Made by a program: the position numbers and the translations under genes. A DNA stretch of 64,000 nucleotides from Thermoanaerobaculia bacterium. GTDB lineage: Bacteria; Acidobacteriota; Thermoanaerobaculia; Multivoradales; Multivoraceae. Of the stretch, positions 56,619 through 64,000 are shown one piece after another; within the stretch, counting starts at the first letter, position 1, and each line of letters starts with the position of its first letter. The stretch spans positions 2,048,001 through 2,112,000 of the forward strand of contig OY762911.1 in assembly GCA_963666565.1 (NCBI GenBank), given 5' to 3'. The notes under the pieces are model-generated. The model saw only the letters and a list, made by a program, of their open reading frames with translations. It was not told the DNA's origin and did no database searches.

Positions 56619-59276
56619 CTAGCGCGGCCGCGTCTGGTGTCGCGGCGCCTCGATCTCGGTCTGCAGCCCCAGGTCGCCCTGGTCTTCCATCCACGCCCGC
56701 AGGCGTGCGTGCAGGGCGGTGATGCGCTGCCGGTGCTCCGGCCGGTCCGCCAGGTTCGTCAGTTCGTGCGGATCCGCCTCCAGGTCGAAGAACTCGAACT
56801 CGGGCCGATGCTGGTAGCGCTCGTAGAGCGCCTTCGCCGCCGGGTCCGTCTCGCCGGCGTCCCGCCACGAGAAGTAGAAGCCGTCGCGGTTCTCCTCGGT
56901 GACCAGGTTGGTGAAGCGGTTCTCGTGCGCGATGTTCCAGATCAGCTTGTAGCGCTCGTCGCGGATGGAGCGGATGGGGTAGGGCGCGACGTTGGCGATG
57001 ATGCCGGTCGTCGTCTGGATGCCGTAGACGGCGTCGCGGTGCTTCGGGCCCGGTTCGAGCAGCAGGCTGAGCATGCTCCGGCCCTCGATTTCCGGCGGCA
57101 CGGCGCCGCCCGCGGCCTCGATCCAGGTCGGCAGCAGGTCGTTGATCTGGAGCAGCGCGGCCGAGGTCCGGCCGGCCGGAATCCTGCGCGACCAGCGGGC
57201 GACGAGCGAGGTGCGGATGCCGGCCTCGTACAGCGTCCACTTGGCCAGCGGGCCGCTGATCCCCTGCTCGCTGTAGAACATGGTCAGCGTGTTCTCGTGC
57301 GCGGCGTGCTCCTGGAGCAGGTCGAGGACCTGGCCGAGCTGGCCGTCCATGAAGGTGATCTCGGCGTAGTAGCGGGTCAGCGCCTCGCGGGTCTTGGGTG
57401 TGTCGACGAACCAGGGCGGCAGCTTGATCGACGCTGCGTCGTAGCGGGACGGATCGCCCTTGCTCCAGGGCTGGTGCGGTTCCGTCGAGGCGACGATCAG
57501 GGCGAACGGCTGGTTCCCGTCGCGGCCGATGAACTCGCCGATGCGGGCCGGGTCGAGGTCGCGCCCCGCGACCTTCTCGAACGGGTAGACCTCCTCCGGC
57601 GCCACGTGCGACTTGCCGGCCAGGCCGACCCGGTAGCCGAGGCCGTTCAGGTAGTGGACGACGCTCTTCGTGCCGGGGTTCGCCCTGGCGTGGTTCGGGT
57701 AGGCGCCGCTCCGCACGGGGTACTGGCCGGTGTAGAGCATGTGCCGGGTGGGCGAGCACATCGCGGTGGCCGTGTACATGTGGGTGAAGGTCGTCCCCTG
57801 CTCGGCCAGCCGGTCGATGTTCGGGGTGTGGACCTGCGGGTTGCCCAGGGCGCCGGCGTCGCTGTATGTCATGTCGTCGGCGACAAAGAGCAGGATGTTG
57901 GGCCGGTGGGCAGGCGGCGTCCAGCGGTTGACGCCGGGGGTCGGCGGGCGCCAGGCGCCGGCGGTGCGGATCGCCCCGGGCTTGGAGGCAAGCAGGGCGT
58001 CGATCGCCTCGACGCGGGCGGCGCCGTCCGGCGCGAGGCTCGCCGGATCGAGCGGCGACTGCTCGTTCGGGTCGGCGGCGAGATCGAAGAGGCGGCCGTC
58101 GTCGTAGCGCTTGAACCGTTCGTCGAAGGCGTAGCGCGCCGGGGGGCCCGCGTACCAGCGCGACTCGTAGTGGATGAACAGCGCGTCGCGGTCGAGCGGC
58201 GGCCCGCCCTTGAGCATCGGCAGCAGGCTCTCGCCGTCGAGGTCGAGGCCCGGCGGCAGGCCGGCGCCGGCGGCTTCGACGAGGGTCGGGAACACGTCGC
58301 CGACGTCGACCAGCGTCTCGTTCGCCTGCCCAGCGGGGATCGTTCCCGGCCACCAGGCCAGGAACGGCACGTGGCTGCCGGTCTGGAGCGACCGGCCCTT
58401 GCCGCCGGGGACTTCCCGGCCGTTGCGGACCGACGCGATGCGGGTCGAGGTGCCGTTGTCGCCGATGAACAGGAGCAGCGTGTTCCGGTCCAGCTCGTGC
58501 TCGACAAGCTTCGCCCGGACGCGGCCTACCAGGTCGTCCATGTAGGCGACCATCGCCGCGAACCGCTCCTGGTTCGACTCCGCGTCCGGGCGGTGCGGCG
58601 TGGTCACGAACGGATCGTGAGGCAGCGCCATCGGGTAGTAGACGAAGAGCGGCTGGCGGGTGGCGGGATCGGCGGCGGCATGCTCGTCGATCGCGGCAAG
58701 CACGAAGTCGTTCGTCAGGTCCGGCCCGAAGACGTCGTCGCCCCAGGTCTCCTTCCTGTCGTTCGTCACCAGGGTCGGCCCCCAGTAGCGCGAGCCGCGC
58801 CCTTCGCGCCGGAGCTGCCAGAGGCGGTGCTCGTCGAAGCCCGCCTGCTGCGGCGAGGCGCCCTCGTGGACCACGTAGAGGTTGTTCGTCAACTGCCACT
58901 TGCCCGAGATCACCGTCCGGTACCCCGCCTGCGCCAGCACGTGGGCGAAGGTGACATCGGCCGGGTCGAGATACATGAACTCCCGGTAGTTCCGGTAGTT
59001 GTGCAGGCCCGTCATCAGCTTGACCCGCGTCGGCGTGCACAGCGGTTGCGAGTGCCCGTTCTCGAACCGCATGCCCTCCGCGGCGATGCGGTCGAGTTCC
59101 GGCGTCGCGTAGGAGGTGCCGCCGTACGCGCCGAGCGTCTCGACACCGAGGTCGTCGGCGAGGATGACGACGATGTTGGGGCGCGGAGACGCTTGACCCG
59201 CCGCGACGCCTGCCGAGAGGACGAGAGCGGCCGCAGCGCCGGCCAGGGCGGCAGCCGGACGGAGCGTAGTGGGCAT
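56619..59276 (-). CDS. Secreted tandem (double-domain) sulfatase
   Basis: Domain 1 PNIVVILADD..CTPTR..GDNG; domain 2 PNILLFVADD..CSPTR..SEQG; TAACTT 7 nt before the ATG. Confidence 0.9.
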   Translation of the reverse strand: MPTTLRPAAALAGAAAALVLSAGVAAGQASPRPNIVVILADDLGVETLGAYGGTSYATPELDRIAAEGMRFENGHSQPLCTPTRVKLMTGLHNYRNYREFMYLDPADVTFAHVLAQAGYRTVISGKWQLTNNLYVVHEGASPQQAGFDEHRLWQLRREGRGSRYWGPTLVTNDRKETWGDDVFGPDLTNDFVLAAIDEHAAADPATRQPLFVYYPMALPHDPFVTTPHRPDAESNQERFAAMVAYMDDLVGRVRAKLVEHELDRNTLLLFIGDNGTSTRIASVRNGREVPGGKGRSLQTGSHVPFLAWWPGTIPAGQANETLVDVGDVFPTLVEAAGAGLPPGLDLDGESLLPMLKGGPPLDRDALFIHYESRWYAGPPARYAFDERFKRYDDGRLFDLAADPNEQSPLDPASLAPDGAARVEAIDALLASKPGAIRTAGAWRPPTPGVNRWTPPAHRPNILLFVADDMTYSDAGALGNPQVHTPNIDRLAEQGTTFTHMYTATAMCSPTRHMLYTGQYPVRSGAYPNHARANPGTKSVVHYLNGLGYRVGLAGKSHVAPEEVYPFEKVAGRDLDPARIGEFIGRDGNQPFALIVASTEPHQPWSKGDPSRYDAASIKLPPWFVDTPKTREALTRYYAEITFMDGQLGQVLDLLQEHAAHENTLTMFYSEQGISGPLAKWTLYEAGIRTSLVARWSRRIPAGRTSAALLQINDLLPTWIEAAGGAVPPEIEGRSMLSLLLEPGPKHRDAVYGIQTTTGIIANVAPYPIRSIRDERYKLIWNIAHENRFTNLVTEENRDGFYFSWRDAGETDPAAKALYERYQHRPEFEFFDLEADPHELTNLADRPEHRQRITALHARLRAWMEDQGDLGLQTEIEAPRHQTRPR

Positions 59277-59360
59277 GCCCGTCAAGTTAGCAGCCCGTTG
59301 CCAAAGCAGTTACTTGCGGGTCTCGTCGCGGAGTAGACTCGGGACCTGAGGACTCGATAG

Positions 59361-59582
59361 ATGTCCACGATCAACAGGGAGCTACTCATCCGCATCACAG
59401 CCCGCCCGGACGTCTTCGGCGGCAAGCCGATCATACGCGACATGCGGATCTCCGTGGAACTGATCCTCAGCCTTCTCGCTCAGGGTGTCACCGACGAAGC
59501 CATCCTGGAGGACTACCCCGAGTTGGAAGCTGACGACATTCGAGCCTGCATCCTGATCATGCCTAGCCATCGTCGGTCCTGA
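59361..59582 (+). CDS. DUF433-family antitoxin, possibly C-terminally frameshifted
   Basis: RITARPDVFGGKPIIRDMRISVE..ILEDYPELEADDIRAC. Confidence 0.8.
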   Translation: MSTINRELLIRITARPDVFGGKPIIRDMRISVELILSLLAQGVTDEAILEDYPELEADDIRACILIMPSHRRS

Positions 59583-59684
59583 CCGATCAGTTCTCGCCGC
59601 CATGTAGCGCGTGCCGCCAAGTACGGTCGCGCACTCTTCGTCGAGTAGCCTCTCCGAGGCCAGCCTTGAGGACGTTTAGCGCAC

Positions 59685-60527
59685 TCAGGTCGCGAGAATA
59701 GAGAACGGCCGATTGGCGTTCTCCCAAGACTGGACGCCGGCCCACATGCCCGTCTCCTCCAGGCTCTCTCGCTTGGCCGCCAACCGGAGGTCCTTGGCTA
59801 TGTCAGCGACGCCGACGCTGTTTGGCAGATCGCCAAGGACGCGCTTGAGACCCGTTCGCAGAATCTCGATCATGTCGTGCCCTCGTGCCACGTACCATGA
59901 TTCCTCCGTCCCGAGAGCAGTAATCCACTCTCGCCATTCCGTCAGTTCCGAATCGGAGCGCGTGGCGACCATCTCCATCAGGGTGTCGGTGTCGACCGTC
60001 CAACTCCGTTCGTCGAGAAACCTGGCAACCCTAATCTCGGCCATCGCATCGGTGGCGCCGTGGAGAGTGGCCGCGAGCCTGATCCGGCCGAAGACCAGCG
60101 CCCGTTCAAGGAGAGCTTGCCGGACGCCCATCTGGGATCTATCCCGAAAGCGTGCGATCTTCCTTGGGTCGCCGCGCTCATGCAAGACGGCATCGAGGGC
60201 GTCTGAACGACAGAGTAGGCACTCCAAGTCATGCGCATCCGTCGCGACGAGGTTGGCCGAGGGAAGGTCGGCCCCCACAAACATGTCGTAGTCGCTGTCG
60301 ACCAGGCCGAGGACGCCCGAAACTGACCGCGAGTCCAGTCGCTGCACCACTCCAAGCACGTTGAGCTTCCCCTCACCGTCAACCAGCTCGCACCGGGTGT
60401 GACGCCACTTCCTCCAGAAGCGCACGTCGTCCGCGCCTTCGACGACAAGAAACGCACCAGAGTGCGTGTCGCGGTGCAACCTGATCTCCGCAGCCAGGAT
60501 TGCCGGCGTCTTCTCCCCGAAAGGCAC
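59685..60527 (-). CDS. DUF4435 TOPRIM-like protein (PARIS AriB-like)
   Basis: VVEGADD, LVDSDYD, HDLECLL, RGHD; directly downstream of an ABC-type ATPase. Confidence 0.8.
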   Translation of the reverse strand: MPFGEKTPAILAAEIRLHRDTHSGAFLVVEGADDVRFWRKWRHTRCELVDGEGKLNVLGVVQRLDSRSVSGVLGLVDSDYDMFVGADLPSANLVATDAHDLECLLCRSDALDAVLHERGDPRKIARFRDRSQMGVRQALLERALVFGRIRLAATLHGATDAMAEIRVARFLDERSWTVDTDTLMEMVATRSDSELTEWREWITALGTEESWYVARGHDMIEILRTGLKRVLGDLPNSVGVADIAKDLRLAAKRESLEETGMWAGVQSWENANRPFSILAT

Positions 60528-60604
60528 GTTGCTCCCCGTCCCTCAGTAGGGTCGCCGGCCAACCTCGACTTGGCGAAGCACTGCCTTCTCTTGCCACTCC
60601 CGTG

Positions 60605-61957
60605 TCAAGCCGGATCTCCGAGGCCGACCATCAGATCCTCGCGATCACCGATGATGTAAGGGGAATGAGTGGCCACGATCGTGTCGAAAGCAGATAGATC
60701 CGCGAATTCGAGCAGGTCTGGAAGAAATCGCTTTTGCCACGATACGTGAAGCGACAGCTCCGGCTCGTCGATCAGTACGATCGTGTTTTCCCTGACTCTG
60801 AACAGCAGATCGTAATGCAGAACCAGTTCATGCTGTTCACCGGATGAGAGAGAGCTCAGCGGCAGACGGGCACCGGAGTCGGTCTCGGCGACGAGTCCTT
60901 CTTTCCGGTCAATGCGCAGCCTCTTGTGTCTGTACTTTCCGTTGATACTCTCCAGAAGACTGCGAACTCTTCGCGCAACGTCCGCGAGTGCCTTGAGCTT
61001 GCGTTCTGTGTCCTGAACGTACAGCGTCATTACGCGGAGTTGCGTCGCGTCTAGCGTTGGCTGTACGGCCAGTCCGTGACTAGGCTGTTCAGAGGCCTCG
61101 TCCAGAATGCCGAGGGCCTTCAGTTGATCGGTCTCCTTCTTCAAGGCGGCCATACGCTCTTGAAGCTCGTCATCTCCGAAGCTGTCTTTCGCGTCGACTA
61201 GTCGCTGCGGAAAGGTCTGATCGAGAAGTTGGGCCTGTCGGCCGTAGTTGGCCATGGTTTCGCTAAGCAGTTCACTGAACTCGCGGCTTCGTGCCAGTAC
61301 CGTCGGTGTCGTGGAACGGTGAAACCGAGGGTTCCGCCATGCTGGCCGATAGGGTCGGGACCGCACTAAACGCTGAGCCTCGATGAAGTAGACGCGAGCG
61401 TGTTCCAGGAACTCTGGGAACCACTGCGGGAGGTCGCCGGTGTGTCCGCGCCGCGGTAGGCCGCGCAGGGGGCGGCCGCTGCCAGGAGAGGGGGGATCAC
61501 CGAACCGCGACAGGATCTCGCGTTCCGAGAGTACTTCGTTGTCGCGTACGTCGATCCAGGTGCTTGGCGTCCCCTCAAGGCGCTCTAGGAACTTGTATCG
61601 CTTGGCGATCTTCTCCGCTTCTGTATCCAGGCGGATGACTTCGGTGATGGGTTCACCGTTCGTCGTCAGTACGAGTTTTCCTTGGCGTCTCTCCCGATCT
61701 GTTGGATCGACGAGGAGCTCAATACTGCTGTCGGCGAAGGTGAGCTTGAAGCGTCTGCAGGGTACCCGCAGGAAGTAGCTGGTGTCGCTACCAAGCAGGG
61801 AGTTGATCATTCCCAGCGTGTGGGTCTTGCCAACGCCGTTCGGGCCGTGCAGCAGGGTGATGCGGTCCTTCAGGTTGAGGTCGATTCGGTGGTCGTAGAT
61901 GCCAAAGAGGCCTTCGACCTCGACCCGTTGTAACTGGATCAGTTTTGGCTCGTCCAT
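60605..61957 (-). CDS. ABC-family (AAA_15/AAA_21) ATPase (PARIS AriA-like)
   Basis: VEGLFG, HGPNGVGKT, LSSGEQ, LIDEPELSLH..WQ, ATHSPYII; no TM segments. Confidence 0.85.
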   Translation of the reverse strand: MDEPKLIQLQRVEVEGLFGIYDHRIDLNLKDRITLLHGPNGVGKTHTLGMINSLLGSDTSYFLRVPCRRFKLTFADSSIELLVDPTDRERRQGKLVLTTNGEPITEVIRLDTEAEKIAKRYKFLERLEGTPSTWIDVRDNEVLSEREILSRFGDPPSPGSGRPLRGLPRRGHTGDLPQWFPEFLEHARVYFIEAQRLVRSRPYRPAWRNPRFHRSTTPTVLARSREFSELLSETMANYGRQAQLLDQTFPQRLVDAKDSFGDDELQERMAALKKETDQLKALGILDEASEQPSHGLAVQPTLDATQLRVMTLYVQDTERKLKALADVARRVRSLLESINGKYRHKRLRIDRKEGLVAETDSGARLPLSSLSSGEQHELVLHYDLLFRVRENTIVLIDEPELSLHVSWQKRFLPDLLEFADLSAFDTIVATHSPYIIGDREDLMVGLGDPA

Positions 61958-62159
61958 GGCGTTCCCTGGTTCTGGGGCGTTCCGGCCTCGCCCGGCCCGC
62001 AACGAGGACGGCCGGGCGACTGTTACCGGCAAGACTCTACTCTAGGTCGTTCAGGCTGTGAAGAGGCGCAGTTCAAGGGTCGGAGGGTCGTGGTTGGGCG
62101 GTTTGGCGCCTCAGGCGCGTGGCGGACGAGCAGTTGGTGCGAGGGCGCGGACGGCTCGG

Positions 62160-63860
62160 CTACAACACATCGAGAAACTCGGCCAGAACGTCGGCTGCCC
62201 CTAAGCCTCGCTCGTTCTCCGCGGCCAGTTCGATCGGTCTGAACTCGGGGTTCAGGGGCTCCAGCACGATCCGGACGTGCCGCCAGGGCCCGTCCGTCGC
62301 GGCCCGCTTCTCGCTGCGGTAGCGCTTCACGGTGAAGCGTTCGCCGGTTTCCGGGTCCACCGCGTCCCGCAGGCGGGCCAGGACGATGCGGCCGTTTCGG
62401 GTCCCGCCTACGCCGCTGCGGAACAGGCAGATCGCCCCGTCGGGGATTCGTGGCGCCATCGACCGGCCGACGACCGTGGCGGCGAACATGCCGGGCGCCA
62501 GCGGACGCCCGGAGTCGACTTCGATCCAGCGGGTCTCGGGGTCGGCGGGTTCGCCGAGGGGTCCGTGCGTTTCGCTGAAGTCGCCCGCGGCGGCCTGCAG
62601 ATCCTCCACGAACGGCACGCAGGTCCGGTAGCGAGTCTCCGGCGTCGGCTGGACGAACCGGAGTACGTCTCCCGGCGGCTCGCGGAGGCTCTCGGCTGAA
62701 CTCGGCGTGACGGCGTTCGCGTCGTCCGGGCCGTCCGCAGCGTCCGGGTCTTCGGCACCGTCCCCAGCCGCCGGTGCGCTGGCCGCCGCGAACCAGCGGT
62801 CGTCGTTGACGCGTGTCCGTGCCTCACCAGCGTCCAGGTATCTCGCCAGCTTGCGGAAGTGCTGCGTCATCGCTCCGGCGTCGTCCAGGTCCGTGACCGT
62901 GATCTCCACGACCTCGTAGCCGCGTTGCCGCAGCCAGTAGCGGATCTCGCGGTCCTGCTCGGCGGTTCGGGGGTTGCCGTGCAGGTGCTCGCTCAGGCCG
63001 TCGAGGTAGATGCAGACGTCCGGCGCGTCACTGTCGCCGCCGCCGGCACCGCCGGCACCGCCATCGCCGCGGTAGACGACGTCGGGCGTCGTCGTCTTGA
63101 GGCCGGGTCCGAGGCTTATCTGTTCGCCGCGAACGCCCTCGCCGAAGCCGGCCGCCAGCAGGAGCTGCCGGAGCCTTCGTTCGGCCTCGTTGACCGGCTG
63201 CCCGCTCGCCTCCCGGCCGGCGGGGACGGCGGCGGGAATCGCGTGCGAGAACGACAGGCTCCGGCCCCACGCGCGCAGGCACGCCAGCGCCACGTGACGG
63301 TCGAGGTTCCCGTGGAAGTAGCCGTTGCGGAAGGTCTGCAGACAGTCGATGCAGGAGTGCCCGCAGGCGGAAGCGCAGCCGCCGACGACGGCTTCCGCGG
63401 CCCGCACGACCTCGCCCCAGCGCTCCGCGAGCTGGTCGAGCAGCCCCGAACCGCCCGGCATCGGGTCCCACAGCAGCGCGTCGACCTGCGGGCGGTCGAC
63501 GTGGCCCGCCACCAGAACCTGCAGGTCCTCCAGGTGCATCTCAAGCACCTGCGCGGCGCCGAACCGCAGCGCTTCCAGCACGCTGTACGCGGTCGTCGGA
63601 TCGGGCAGGTCCGGCAGCGAGAAGACGTCGGCCACGATGTCCGCGTGGAAGCCGATGCGGTTCACCGGGCGGCCGCAGCGTTCGCCGTGCTTCTCGGCGA
63701 AGTCCCGCTGCTGCCGCTCGGAGGACAGCGGCGAGACGCTCTGGCCGCAGACGGTGCAGACCGGGTACCCGAGGCCGCCGCCGTCGCCGATCGCGGACGA
63801 CGAGCCGACATTCACCAGCCGCAGTTCGACGCCGTGGCGCAGCAGCGCGTCCGCCCCGCC
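62160..63860 (-). CDS. C-terminal part of helicase-associated DUF1998 protein fused to a Vsr/DUF559-like nuclease and an S24 peptidase domain; 5' end disrupted or outside the window
   Basis: CTVCG, WDPMPGGSG, CASACGHSCIDCL; TPD..IYLDGLSEHLHG..DREIR..GYEV; AAAG..GRSM.PRIPDG..TVKRY. Confidence 0.7.
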   Translation of the reverse strand, partial: GGADALLRHGVELRLVNVGSSSAIGDGGGLGYPVCTVCGQSVSPLSSERQQRDFAEKHGERCGRPVNRIGFHADIVADVFSLPDLPDPTTAYSVLEALRFGAAQVLEMHLEDLQVLVAGHVDRPQVDALLWDPMPGGSGLLDQLAERWGEVVRAAEAVVGGCASACGHSCIDCLQTFRNGYFHGNLDRHVALACLRAWGRSLSFSHAIPAAVPAGREASGQPVNEAERRLRQLLLAAGFGEGVRGEQISLGPGLKTTTPDVVYRGDGGAGGAGGGDSDAPDVCIYLDGLSEHLHGNPRTAEQDREIRYWLRQRGYEVVEITVTDLDDAGAMTQHFRKLARYLDAGEARTRVNDDRWFAAASAPAAGDGAEDPDAADGPDDANAVTPSSAESLREPPGDVLRFVQPTPETRYRTCVPFVEDLQAAAGDFSETHGPLGEPADPETRWIEVDSGRPLAPGMFAATVVGRSMAPRIPDGAICLFRSGVGGTRNGRIVLARLRDAVDPETGERFTVKRYRSEKRAATDGPWRHVRIVLEPLNPEFRPIELAAENERGLGAADVLAEFLDVL

Positions 63861-64000
63861 AGCGTCGGCGGGGCGAGCGCCCGCGCCTGCTCGAACGGCA
63901 CCCCCGCCGGCACCGAGTGGCCCTCGTCCTCCAGGATGTCCCGCCGGGTCTGCCGGATGCCGGCTTCGTCGTCTGCCGCCAGCCTGCCCGCCCGGCCCGC

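Overview
Very GC-rich bacterial chromosomal window. An Acidobacteriota (Thermoanaerobaculia-like, possibly host-associated) origin is inferred from protein styles and is not proven. About 46 CDS can be supported; no rRNA, tRNA, CRISPR array, integrase or transposase was seen. Backbone genes include ycaQ, a sugar ABC SBP and permease, icmF, manA, mocA/xdhC, coxD/coxE-like genes, TonB-dependent receptors, an AbgT transporter, a heterodimeric ABC exporter and a tandem sulfatase. Two accessory regions stand out. (1) 14.7-26.6 kb, all on the minus strand: a MalT/LuxR STAND regulator, three secreted mosaic proteins sharing a ~112-aa Cys-containing module, two proteins with a C2-like domain split by a long coiled-coil stalk, and a bipartite upstream motif (GGCTTGTAGT-N10-AACGTGTAGC) present twice. 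This is the best candidate for an undescribed system. (2) 59.3-64 kb defence region: a PARIS-like ATPase + DUF4435 pair and a DUF1998-nuclease-S24 fusion. The backbone carries ~20 copies of a palindromic REP-like repeat, and many genes appear leaderless. All product calls come from motif recognition by eye; no database searches were run.
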